Below are positions 25,879-38,806 of a DNA stretch of 64,000 nucleotides, piece after piece. The stretch is from Octopus sinensis. Its lineage: Eukaryota. The stretch is taken from the NCBI RefSeq assembly GCF_006345805.1, contig NC_042998.1:5890001-5954000 (forward strand), read 5' to 3'. The notes beneath the pieces were generated by a model, which was not told where the DNA came from, did no database searches, and worked only from the letters and a program-made list of their open reading frames with translations. Positions within the stretch are counted from its first letter, which is position 1. Each line of letters opens with the position of its first letter. The position numbers and the translations under genes were made by a program.

Positions 25879-26981
25879 AATTTCAATGGATTTCGCCCAA
25901 ATTTGACGTTGATGTTACTTAGTTTGGTTTGAAATAAAGAACTTGATTAGCTTAATAATCCTAACTTAATTCCGGGCAAAGCTGGGTTATACTGCTAGTT
26001 TACAATATGTGTGTGTATGTATGAGTGTGTGTGTGAGTGTATGTATCTTTTATCTTTTACTTGCTTCAGTCATGAGACTGTGGCCATGGGGGGCACTGCC
26101 TTGACAAATTTTTGGATCTTTGAGGTTTGAGTCACTGTCTCTAATTTTGTTCCAATTGTTCTCAAATTTGTATAAGGATTAAGTTTTGTATACTAATAAT
26201 GAAAATGAAAATCTTTTCCCCCATAAATTTATAATTAAAAAGTTATTAGCCTTTGAAGTTTGCGAATTTGGTTATTTTAGCCAATCAGAAGTATTTTATA
26301 CATCACCATTAAGTTCTGTTAGAATAGTAAGCAAAGAACTCTGTTTCCATAGTAACCAAGGAGTGTTCTATAGCTGTTTGCAAAGAAATCTGTTTCCATA
26401 GTAACCAAAGATGTTGTGGAGTGTAACCACCACGTAACCCTAACACCCTAAAACCCTAACCCTAAAACTTTAAAGCTAAAACCAGTACAAACACACGAAT
26501 GATGTCATAAATAACAGTGACAAACAAAAAATACACCGACAATAGTTGTTGTTGACAAACAATGGCAGTAATTTTATCCAGCTGAATACACATCATTGAT
26601 TGGTTGAAATTACTGAAATAGGACAACTTTAACGTGATATTACATTGTAAATATAAGTTTTCCTCAAAATTTTTCACTTCAAATGTATGTATTGGTAGGA
26701 ATTGCAAGAAACAGCTAGGTTTCTTTCTGTAACTTTTTGCGTAGTTCAACTTACAGAAGTCAACGTGTGAAAAATAAAATAGAAATTTTGAAAGAAGTTT
26801 CTATAAAGCTAATTTTTAAACATCGAATAGCTATGAGTATCGACCAGAATAAAATAGTAATCAAAGGGGTCCATTGACAAAAATGGCTGAGAAACCCTGC
26901 TTCAAATAATACCCAGTCTAACCCATGCCAGCCTGAAGAAAATGGACATTAGAAGAAACTAATGCTGCATATGTTATATAC

Positions 26982-27197
26982 TAGTTAATCCAAACAAGAA
27001 AGCACAAAAAAACACAACGCGAGGACGTGGAACAAGTATAGTGTCATTGGACGCTCAGGAAAGAAGGAGGGTTTAACGTTTCGAGCGGAGCTCTTCGGCG
27101 GAAACATAGGAGAAGGAAAGATCCAGAGAAGGGAAGACAGAGAAAAAAAAATCGCCAACGGTACACACGAGGTCACATTTTGAAAGACCGTACATGT

Positions 27198-27228
<31 letters not shown>

Positions 27229-27435
27229 GTTAATCCAAACAAGAAAGCACAAAAGAACACAACAACGCGAGGACGTGGAACAAATATAGTATTATTGGAC
27301 GCTCAGGAAAGAAGGGAAGGAGGAGGGTATAACGTTTCGAGCGGAGCTCTTCGGCGGAAACATAGGAGAAGGAAAGATCCAGAGAAGGGAAGACAGAGGA
27401 AACAATATCGCCAATGGTACACACGAGGTCACATT
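26982..27435. repeat. Tandem duplication of a ~245-bp unit, probably a Penelope-like pseudo-LTR fragment
   Basis: Units 26982-27180 and 27227-27435 are near-identical; each carries a hammerhead-like relic on the minus strand. Confidence 0.7.
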
Positions 27436-28161
27436 ATATTATATACTATATACATGTGAGTATAAATTTTATGTTTCAGTGTTTCTTTGCACTTGGTTTT
27501 ATATTGCTACTATTTAAGCAGAAGCATAAACTTTGTTTACCCCTGTGAGTGATACATGTAGAGGATGCAGGTTTCTATGTGCAAAAACCAGTGGAATAAA
27601 AATGTGTTACTTGAAAAGCAAGTGAGTGTTGGTAACCTGAAGAGCATCTAACGGTAGAATGTTCCCTCAATGTGTCTCCACTAACTGTTAAAACAGCATA
27701 GAAAAAGCAAAACTAAACGATGTACATGATTATGTTTCATGCATATGTTTTTTTTTATATAATACATACACATATATACAAACTCACAGGTAAAGATTCA
27801 TGAACGACTGCACTCATGCTTGCATGCACATACGTACGCACACAATCATTTCTAAACACCCTTAGTGTCTTAGGCATGGATGTGGCTAAAATATATGCAG
27901 ACAAGTATTCTTTGTACGAATGTGTGAAGTTTTGTTTGCAAGGCAGGGAAATACAGAGTGTATAACTTGGTATAAAATGGTACAAAAATAAAAGAGGAAA
28001 ACTCTTTGAAGCTAAATGGGTGTAGCTTAAGCATAAAGAAACACTTCATGTTGATGAAATGCAATATGAAACAATAGAAAGGAACCAAGTATCCAGAATA
28101 TATATATATATATTTGTATATGCGTATACATATATGTATATGTGTGTGTGTGTGTGTGAAT

Positions 28162-28218
<57 letters not shown>

Positions 28219-29549
28219 GTATATATATGTATATATATATATACACACACACACACACATATATACATACATATATATATACACACACATACATATATGC
28301 ACATACATATGTATATATATATGTATATATATATATTATATATATATATATATGCACATACATATATATATCTATATATATATACACATGCATGCATATA
28401 CATATACACACACACACATACATACACACATACACCCATGCCAGTATGGAAAGCGGACGTTAAACTACGATGATGATGTACATTATATCTCATCACTAAA
28501 AGAAGTAGTGGTGGTAGAAGAGAGTAGTTTATTATGCTCTCAGAGAAATTCGGTAAAAACCAAAAACAAAACAAAAAAAAAAACAAAGAGGAGTAAAAGG
28601 AAACCAGTATAAAGCAGTTTTGCATTAGAAATATACCCTACAGGCTTCATATATAACCCGGCGGAAATGCAAAGAAAGAAGACAACCTTTTCAAAACAAC
28701 CAGTAGCGATTTTTCCAGCAATGGTTTTGAAGGGCAAGATTTTAATTGTAAAAGAACTGCAAATATTAAGACAGAATCATAAATGCCAAGTTTGAAAGAT
28801 ACGAATAATCAGAAACTAAAACGAAACAAGGAAACCGGAGAAAAATAACAAATAACAAGCAATACTCCTCAGGATAGAAATGCAGTGAATTTCCAGAACT
28901 GAAATATATAGAAAAAAAAATGTAATAATAAAATAAAATAAAAACACAAACAAGTCAGGCGTAGGAGAGGCTGTGTGGTAAGAAGCTTACTTCCCAACAT
29001 GGTTCTGAGTTCAGTCCCACTGCGTGGCACCATGGGCAAGTGTCTTCTGCTATAGCCTCAGGCTGACCGAAACCTTGTGAGTGGATTTGGTAGATGGAAA
29101 CTGTAAGAAGCCCATCATATATATATATATATATATATATGTGTATGTATGTATATGTGTGTGTGTGAGTGTGTGTGTGTGTATATATGTATATGTTTGT
29201 GTGTCTGTTTCTGTCTCCTTCGCCACCATCGCTTGACAACTGTTGGTGTGTTTGCGCCCCCCGTAACTTAGTGGTTCAGCGAAAGAGACCGATAGAATAA
29301 GTACTAGGCTTACAAAGAATAACTCCTGGGGTCGGTTTGTTCAACTGACTATAGTGCTCCAGCATGGCTGCAGTCAAATGACTGAAACCAATAAAAGAAT
29401 AAAGTCAAACTAAAAAACAAAACAAAAGCTTAAGTAAAAAAAAAAAAAAACAGAAACAAAAATAAAAGAAAAAAAGGAGCTTGTTATGTTCCAACTGTAT
29501 AACATACAAAATGTGCAAATAATTTTATGTATTCCTGCATATTAATGTA

Positions 29550-29603
<54 letters not shown>

Positions 29604-29604
<1 letters not shown>

Positions 29605-30158
29605 GAGGATGAGTCAAAAAGTAATGCCATTTTGTTTAGGACAGGTATAATTACCAACACAGGAACATATAACATACATCAAAATGAAGCTGGTCCCCTG
29701 TGGATCACAACCCTACGTCTCAACATATTCACCGTTTCTCTCAATAGCAATGTTCCACCTTTGAATGAGAGCATGTATCCCTGTCCCGTAAAATTCTGTT
29801 GACCGTTTTTTGAGCCACTTCTTCACTACAGTTTTCACTTCCCCATCACTGGAAAAATGTTTGTCTCTCAAACCCTCTTTTGTGGGGCTGAAGAGAGACA
29901 AACATTATTCCAGTGATGAGGAAGTGAAAACTGTAGTGAAGAAGTGGCTCAAAGAACAGTCAACAGAATTTTACATGGCATGGATACATGCTCTCATTCA
30001 AAGGTGGAACATTGCTATTGAGAGAAACGGTGACTATTTTGAGCAGCAGGGATGTGATCCACAGAGGACCAGCTTCATTTTGATGTATGATACATGTTCC
30101 TGTGTTGGTAATTATACCTGTTCTAAACAAAATGGCATTACTTTTTGACTCACCCTCG
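29604..30158. mobile_element. Fold-back element made of two inverted mariner 3' ends
   Basis: Ends CGAGG(A/G)TGAGTCAAAAAGTAATGCC are flanked by TA; both arms encode a mariner C-terminus (KHFSSDGEVKTVVKKWLK...IHALIQRWNIAIERNGEYVE). Confidence 0.9.
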
Positions 30159-32989
30159 TAAATATTTATGTATGTGTGTGCATGCGTCAATACATGTCTT
30201 TATGTGTGTGTGTGTTAAGAAATTTACTTTGCAGCCTCATCGTTTTGAGTTCTATCACACAGCACAACACTTTGGATATGTGTTTTAATCTATAGCCATG
30301 GGCCAACCAATACCTTTTGAGTGGATTTTGAAGGCAAGAGACTTTGTAGAAGCCCATCTCACACAGCATACACACATACACACGTTTTTAGGTTTGTTTG
30401 AGTTTGTGTTTGTTCACCCTCACCACCCATAACAACTAGGGTTAGTTTTTTCTACATTCCCATAAATTAGCAGTTTCACAAAAGGGACCAATAGAATAAG
30501 TGTCAGACTTAAAAATAAGTACTGGGGCTGATCTGTTCAACTGAACCCTTCAAGGCAGTATTCCAGCATGGCTGCTGTCCAATGACTGAAACAAGCAGCA
30601 CCAGTTGTTACGTTGCAGAATGTAAGACTAACAGCCTAAAGAGGGCTCTATAACTGAAGCATAGAAGAGAGGCTGTGATAATTCTAGCCAGGGCGATAAG
30701 ACAGGATAAAGTATTAAGACAGGAACAGATTATATGGTAGTAGAGAGATTAATAGAGGAGACAATATTGAGGGAAGGCGTATGGAAGGAACAGAGAAAAG
30801 GAGGGGAATTTACGACAGGCATTAGTGAGAAAGGGAGAGTGAGAGGGTGGGCGGTGTATGAGATGTATAAGGGTAATTCACATTGTAAGAGAGGGCATGG
30901 ATGGAAGGTATGAGAGAAAAATAAATGAGAGTGGTGAGGGTCAGGAGAGTCACTGAAGGACAAATAGCATGAGAACATTGTGTAGAGAAAGGATGCAGGG
31001 TCAGTTAAAAGTAGGATCATAAAAATTGACAGATTTGTGTGTGTACGTACATGCATGCATAGATGTGTAAGCAAATGTATACACACGTACTGTTGGATAC
31101 AAAAATGCTAGAAAAAGTACTAAATACATGTAGTTCAGTGTATTTATAAAAAACAAAATTAAAGGTCATTCTTGTGTCATATAAAACTTAAAGGACTGGT
31201 TTCCCCAGTTTATGTGGTGCATACATTACTCCTGGAGAGGATGCTGATCCATTCACAGGGTTACTCACTTTTGCTAGCCGAGTGGATTGGAACAACGTGA
31301 AATGAGGTACTTTGTTCGAGAACATAACACATAAGCCAAGAATAATAATAATAATAATAATAATAATATAGTGTTAGCTTCCTATTGACAGGGGTGTATA
31401 ATGACCAAACTATTTTCTTGCAAATATAAATAGTAATGCATATTTTTGTACTCACACTGTTATACTGATAGAAACATGAAAGCACTTGTTAACTAGGAAA
31501 TATTTGTCAAAAACAAAAAAAAAAAAACAAAAAAACCAAGTGAAAATTATGTTGACTCTTTTTGGAAATATTTCGCAGCTAAATGAAGTGACATGTTCAA
31601 CTTCAGTATCTATTTAGTGCCAAGCAAAGCAGGGAAATGGAAAATATCCAATATATGTAGATAGAAAAAGCTTGCTATTTTTGACTACCTCACTTACTGG
31701 GTAAGATTTATGGCTTTATCACATTATTCCATGCATTAGAAAAAAGGTAAGATATGTAAAAGTTTAAATCTAGAAAGCCTTTAATGGATTGGGGACCAGA
31801 ATTCAGTATAGACAATCATATCAGCAACAGAGAATAAATATTGATTTCTAAGGTATAAAGCCAGAAATGCTTGGGAGGGAGTAGAGCTGATTAAACTAAT
31901 CCTTCTTTTCCCCAGTGACTTTGAGAGTGGGGTGCTGGAATAAAAGGTAAGCGCAATGCTGGCAAGATTTGAACTTCAAGATTAAAGGAATATCGCTAAA
32001 CACTGCAGAGTCCTTTGAACAGTATGAATAAAATGTTAACAAGAAATAAAAAAGTTTCAATCGTAGTAGAAACAAAAATAAGATGATACAAAAGCAAAAT
32101 GGAAAGTTGTAAAAATGCATAAATGTATTGCACAGGTATTGGCCGTGTGGTTAAGAAAGATTACTTCACAAACAACATGGTTTAGAGTTCAGTCCCCCAA
32201 TGAGGCACCTTGAATATCATCAGCATCATCATCATCATCGTTTAACGTCCGCTTTCCATGCTAGCATGGGTTGGACGATTTGACTGAGGTCTAGCAAACC
32301 AGGAGGCTGCACCTGGTTCCAATCTGATCTGGTTGAGTTTCTACAGCTGAATGCCCTTCCTAATGCCAACCACTCCGAGAGTGTAGTGGGTGCTTTTACG
32401 TGCCACCGGCACGAGGGCCAGCCAGGCGGTACTGGCAACGGCCACGCTGAAATGGTGCTTTTTATGTGCCACCTGCACAGGAGCCAGTCCAGCGGCATGT
32501 CTTCTAAAAAAAAGTCAGAGATTGATCGAAACTTTGTAAGTGGATTAAGTAGATGGAAACTGAAAGAAACCTGTCACTATCCACAGTAATACAACAGGCC
32601 ATTCCAATAGCCATTTACCAGTGTGTGGCATCTGTGCACATCATGGGATCCAATCCAAACACTTAAAGAAATAGAAGGAACAACTTCATATTCAAACTCT
32701 GAGAGGCCAAAATCGTCATTATTCCTTGTACTCATTCACCCATCCCCCACCCCACCAGTACAGTAATCCCATGTTTATCCTTCAACTCCCCACTCCCCTT
32801 AATCTTTCCCTTCATTTCATTGTTTCTAGCTGCTTTTTCTTATCACTTCTCTTTTTTCACCTTCACTCATACGGATACTCTTTTCCACTACTTTGAATCT
32901 CCACATTCACGTTCTTGTTGTTGTTTTGTCTTCTCATTCCCTATTAAGTGCAGCAGGCCACTCATACTAGAAGATGGTCTCCTATTCAT

Positions 32990-33300
32990 CTTAGCCCTGA
33001 GAAAGGTAGGTCTCCCAGAACGTTCATCACTATCAGCATTTTTTTGGCCATCTTGGAAATGTCTGAACCTCTCGTAAACTTGTATGTGGCTCATACACTC
33101 CTCTTCATACAATTCCAGCAGCTTTGCGTAGGCCTCAGAGTAGATATCGCCATGACAACTTTCTCTGTAATGGCCAGTGCGACAATCACATGCTACACAC
33201 CTTCCTTCTAAGCACTGCTGTAAACAGTGGAAGTGAGCTAGAACGTTAAAACTTAATGGGCATGCACAGCAGAGGTCAAGGTTAATCTGTACCAAGCGGC
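32990..33300 (-). mobile_element. Mariner transposase N-terminal (HTH) fragment
   Basis: EAYAKLLELYEEECMSHIQVYERFRHFQDGQKNADSDERSGRPT in ORF 32888-33295. Confidence 0.8.
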
Positions 33301-33425
33301 TTCACTTTGCATGCTTTAGCTTCGTTACTATGGCAACAGTCCAGATACTTAATGATCAGATATCATATATATAATATATATATATGTACGCACACACACA
33401 CACACATATATATATATGTGTGTGT

Positions 33426-33720
33426 GTGGAGATGCAATGACCCAGTGGTTAGGGCAGCGGACTCACGGGTTCGATTCCCAGACTGAGCGTTGTGAGTGTT
33501 TAGAGAGCGAAAACACCTAAAAGCACCGCAAGGCACCGGCAGGGGGTGGTGGCGATCCCTGCTATACTCTTTTGTCTCAACTTTCTCTCACTCTCTCTTC
33601 TGTTGGCCTGCTCGCTTAGCCAGTGGGGTGGCATCATTTGAAGGCTAAAACAATGCGAAGCGCATTGTGACCAGTGATGTGTAGCAACATCTGATAGCCT
33701 GGTCGGTTACAGTGATCACG
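33426..33720 (+). mobile_element. SINE, head E plus tail T3
   Basis: TGACCCAGTGGTTAGGG and GGTTCGATTCC boxes; same head as 57211 and 2949(-), different tail. Confidence 0.8.
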
Positions 33721-35354
33721 TAATATATATATATATATATATATATATATGGAGTTAGTTTTCTCCCTCTAAAAGAAATATATACAAGAATGTTTTGATT
33801 CAGGTGGTTTCAGATAGTAAAAGGAGACATGTGCACACTGAAGCAGATTTATATCACACAGGATGTTAAGAGGTCGTACATCAATATACAGAAGAGTATC
33901 AAAGCAGGCATGTAGGAGAAATTATGAAAAACAGAAGGTGACATCATTTGATCCCGACAGGTTTCACCACTGTGGCTATTTGCATCCTCAGTGGAGGATG
34001 TTTTAGGTTCAGTGGATGTTGAGCCAAAGCAGTTGATCAGAGAACAACTTCACTGCATTATTTCACTACTGCCCACAAGGGGCTAAACACAGAGGGGACA
34101 AACGGATTATGTCGATTACATCGACCCCAGGGCGTAACTGGTACTTAATTTATCGACCCCGAAAGGATGAAAGGCAAAGTCGACCTCGGCGGAATTTGAT
34201 CTCAGAACGTAACGGCAGACGAAATACGGCTACGCATTTCGCCCGGCGTGCTAACGAGTCTGCAATATGTTACACAGATCAGCTTCTTGAAGTTGGACAG
34301 ATGGTAAGTCATTTTATTAGTACATTGAAAAGGAAATGAAGAGAGAGCAAAAAAAAAAAACAAAGAAAAAATAAAATCTAGAGAAAAAATGAAAAAAATC
34401 CCCAGAAGAAGAGAAAAGAAAAACAAAGGTAAACTTTAAATAAATTATAATTTCTCTCTCTCACACACACACACATATATATATATATATACATAGTTAT
34501 ATCCATATATTTAATAAACATATATTTAGTCTTGCTGTGAAAATATTATCTAGAAAAAGGTGAGAATAATAAATAGTAATAAAATGCAGTACACAACGAA
34601 GAGATGAAACAAAGAAAGCAAATAAGAAGTAGAACAAGAACAATAAAATAACATGGATTTAATATATTCTCGGTGTGTGTACGTACTGTAATAAAATATA
34701 AAAAACATAATCATAAAGACAAATATTGGAAACAATATTGTTATCTAAATAAAAAAAAAAAGCAGTGAAGACAATACAGTACTAAAATTTTGAGAAAGCC
34801 TCTTTTTTTTCTCTTTTTACTCCCTTCCCCCCTAAATATGAATTTACATTTGAAAGACACGAAAGAAAGCGAAATGCAATATAAATTTACAAGTTGACTT
34901 TCAAAGATTATTGCTGTTTTCAGGTTGAAAAGAATGGTGAAAACTCTGAAGCATAGGAAGAAAAACCAGTGGGAAGTGAATTATATAAGAGGGTTTCAGA
35001 ATAGAGTGCGTGATTCTAGTTACAGGCATAAATATTTTAAATATTTACCATTCCCACAGAGAATTTATATGTATGTGCATATGCGTGTGTGTGTGATTAT
35101 ATATACATAAATGCATAAACACACACACAGGCACACATATATATACACACATATATATATATATACATACATATATATATATATATACACATATATATAC
35201 ATATACATATATATATTAAAAAAATTTTTTTCCAAGATTTTCATAATGCTTATCTTATTCTTTTCAGTTTTGATCAACTAAATCATGACATCTGACATGT
35301 TATTATGGGTAAGCATGCATGCCTGTGTGAACATATGCATATATGCATATATGC

Positions 35355-35385
<31 letters not shown>

Positions 35386-35680
35386 GGTAAAGATACATAC
35401 ACACACACACATATGTAGACAGACTCATATATATATATACTCATGTAATACATTCATCCATGCTCTTAAAACAGCAACAAATTTTCTTCAGTTGACAGTA
35501 AAACAAACAAAATAAAAATTAATGATTTTTGCTTATTTTTATATCAAACAGATAAGAGCAGGAAGGACTGAGAGCCTAATACAGTAACGAGCTGGATGAG
35601 AAACTGCTACATTCTTCACATGATTATTCAGCAGTTTTTAAAATATTGCAACGGAACACAAAATAAATTTTATATACAAC

Positions 35681-36099
35681 AGGCGCAGGAGTGGCTGAGT
35701 GGTAAGTAGCTTGCTAACCAACCACATGGTTCCGGGTTCAGTCCCACTGTGTGGCATCTTGGGCGGCAAGTGTCTTCTGCTATAGCCCCGGGCAGACCAA
35801 TGCCTTGTGAGTGGATTTGGTAGACGGAAACTGAAAGAAGCCTGTCGTATATATGTATAAATATATATATATATGTATGTGTGTGTGTGTTTGTGTGTCT
35901 GTGTTTATCCCCCTAACATCGCTTAACAACCGATGCTGGTGTGTTTACGTCCCCGTCACTTAGCGGTTCGGCAAAAGAGACCGATAGAATAAGTACTGGG
36001 CTTACAAAGAATAAGTCCTGGGGTTGATTTGCTCTACTAAAGGCGGTGCTCCAGCATGGCTGCAGTCAAATGACTGAAACAAGTAAAAGTGAGTAAAAA
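35681..36099 (+). mobile_element. SINE family A, representative full-length copy
   Basis: tRNA-like head (TGGCTGxGTGG, GGTTCAGTCC), CORE-like GCAxCTTGGGCAAGTG, central (TA)n/(TG)n, tail GGCGGTGCTCCAGCATGGCxGCAGTCAAATGACTGAAAC. Other + copies: 4839-5243, 5468-5867, 10248-10616, 19457-19862, 28957-29404, 37557-39031 (split), 44464-44880, 53191-53608, 59018-59426, 60136-60545. Degenerate copies near 30200, 32140, 45170, 48275, 54255. Confidence 0.9.
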
Positions 36100-37104
36100 C
36101 ATTGATTGCTTTGAAATCAGAAAAAGAAGAAACTAACAAACACAATGCATGTAATTCCAGCCATCATCATCATCACCATCATTATTTAATATCTGTTGTC
36201 CACACTGGCATGGGTGGGGTTGAAGTGGGGGCTTGACCAGAGCTGGTAAGCTGGGGAGCTGCACCAGACTCCAGCCTGATTTGGCATGGTTTCTATTGCT
36301 GGATGCCCTTCTTGACACCAGCCATTTTACAGAGTATGCTGGGTGCTTTTACATGGCACCACATGGACATTTTTATGTGGTGCCACACAGGAGCTTTTAC
36401 ATGGCTGTTCCACTAGTGCCTTTCACCACCAGAAGACTGGTCTTAACACTTCTTTGGAGTACAGGTCTTCTTGAGTACAGCAAAGCAACAGACATGTTTG
36501 TCCTTTGTCATCTTGCCTAAACGGTTCAGCATTCTGAGATCCTTCTTCAGTCCTTCATCCCACGTCTTCCTGGGTCCCCCACTTCCATATGTTCCATCTA
36601 CTTTGAGAGATCAGCACTTCTTTATGGAGCCAGCATAATAATAAAATTATCATCATTTTAATGTCCACTTTTGTAAGCTTGCATGGGTCAGACTGGATTT
36701 ATTCAGGTTGATTTTCTACGGCTGGATGCCCTTCCTGTTGCAAAACCTTCACCTGTTTCCAAGCAAAGTAATACCTCCCCATGGCCAGAAATGCTTTCCA
36801 TGGAAAGACTGGAAATGAACAACTTCACTTGTATGATGGTGATGCTCATTTACAGCCGTCATGTGATGTCACCTTTTTGATGCAACTCTCTACCCTGTAC
36901 TGTTTACTTCCTCCATCCTTCTCTAATTCCCTTTTTCTCCCCTCCCTCCTTCACAGCTTTCTATGTCTCTCTCTCCTCCTCTTTCACTTTCTTGTTGCTC
37001 ACACATGACCAACGTCCATCTTTCTTTTCCCGCATAGATGTTCAAAAGAGCGGACATGTTTTTTTTACTCTCTCTCTCTCTTTTATCTTTTCTCTTTTCA
37101 AAAA

Positions 37105-37350
37105 AGGAGACTAAAGTGGTTTGGTCATGCACTGCTCCCACCCACTCATGACGAACTCATCCAGAAGGCAGTAGCACCAGATCCTCCCCTGGTTTGGTAT
37201 AAGTGGAGAGGCGATCAGCAGGAGATGTGGCTCACGACAGTCAAAGCAGATAAGGAGTTTGTTTCCAACCCTTGACTCTTTAGTGTTCATTGCTGGAACT
37301 GGGAATGGCTTCAAAGTGCAGCAGAATTGGCCGCAGATAGACATGTGTAG
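37105..37350 (+). mobile_element. Degenerate RTE-like LINE 3' fragment
   Basis: RRLKWFGHA...WLTTVKAD...WEWLQSAAELAADRH pattern typical of an RTE C-terminus. Confidence 0.6.
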
Positions 37351-37719
37351 ACCACCTTGACCTGTAATACAGTGAATCCAATAGGTGCTGCCTAAACCCC
37401 TCTTGGGTGAATTCTGTTACAAGATACAAGACAAGAAGCAAGTAGATAGTAGATTATTTGCTTGAGTGACAGCAGCATCACATGCATCAGACATAAAACA
37501 AATCCTGCAACCTCTGCACCTTGCCTGCACACGAGAGTGCATAGAACGTGTTGTATGGCGCAGGAGTGGCTGTGTGGTAAGTAGCTTGTTTACCAACCAC
37601 ATGGTTCCGGGTTCAGTCGCACTGCATGGCACCTTGGGCAAGTGTCTTCTACTATAGCCTCGGGCTGACCAATGCCTTGTGAGTGGATTTGGTAGACGGA
37701 AACTGAAAGAAGCCTGTCG

Positions 37720-37748
<29 letters not shown>

Positions 37749-37751
<3 letters not shown>

Positions 37752-37810
37752 TGATTGATTGATTGATTCCAGTTTCAGCTCATGAGCTGTGGCCATGCTG
37801 GGGCACCGCC
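37749..37810 (-). mobile_element. 3'-end-only copy of the same LINE
   Basis: Reverse strand GGCGGTGCCCCAGCATGGCCACAGCTCATGAGCTGAAACTGG(AATC)n, near-identical to the LINE end at 13474-13537. Confidence 0.85.
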
Positions 37811-37821
37811 ATATATATATA

Positions 37822-38728
37822 ACATTATATAATTAGGGCTTAGTAAAATAAATTACTTTGCCACATACTGAACTTGCTAGAAATAGCAGCCAAAAAAAGT
37901 TTTTTTGCCATTTCCACTACTTAAAGAAAATTTCTCTCAGATAATGTTTACTCAAAATAACTCACGAAGGTATGGAGGTAAAAACAGAAAAATATCACAA
38001 GTACAAAGATTATTTGAGAACGTTAATGTTTCTAGATTAGCCAAATAAACTCAGCATTTCTTTCGTCAGCTCAACATTTCTTATTTTGGATTTGGAAGCA
38101 CTAAAAAGAAAGAACATACCCTTTGGCGACTTATCACCTCAGATGACCTGTTCAGACTGCCAGTACCAACAAATTCAAAATGTGCAAGCGAAGATTCCCT
38201 GCTCTTCCATTCCACCCACGTGGGTTATCTAGCAAACATTATATTTTAACGGTGAGAACCGAGGCAATATGACAGAGAGAAATGAATTATAATATCAACA
38301 ATTGAGGGTAAAATTAATTAGTTATTAATCAATTTCACCAAGTATTCAGTATGTAAAAGGACCATTTAAGGCGAATTCAAAATATTACATTATATAATTA
38401 GGGCTTAGTAAAATTTGGCTAATCTAGAAACATTAACGTTCTCAAATAATCTTTGTACTTGTGATATTTTTCTGTTTTTACCTCCATACCTTCGTGAGTT
38501 ATTTTGAGTAAACATTATCTGAGAGAAATTTTCTTTAAGTAGTGGAAATGGCAAAAAAACTTTTTTTGGCTGCTATTTCTAGCAAGTTCAGTATGTGGCA
38601 AAGTAATTTATTTTACTAAGCCCTAATTATATAATGTAATATTTTGAATTCGCCTTAAATGGTCCTTTTACATACTGAATACTTGGTGAAATTGATTAAT
38701 AACTAATTAATTTTACCCTCAATTGTTG

Positions 38729-38732
<4 letters not shown>
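37822..38732. repeat. Nested inverted-repeat structure, probably Penelope-like
   Basis: 37822-38046 is the reverse complement of about 38413-38637; 38292-38413 is the reverse complement of about 38611-38732. Confidence 0.8.

Positions 38733-38806
<74 letters not shown>

Noticed and set aside
26435-26466. Telomere-like CCCTAA repeats
   Set aside because: Only 3-4 imperfect units inside an interspersed-repeat-like block.
38640-38710. Hammerhead-like CTGAATA...GAAATTGATTAATA
   Set aside because: The core is not CUGANGA and stems I and II do not pair.
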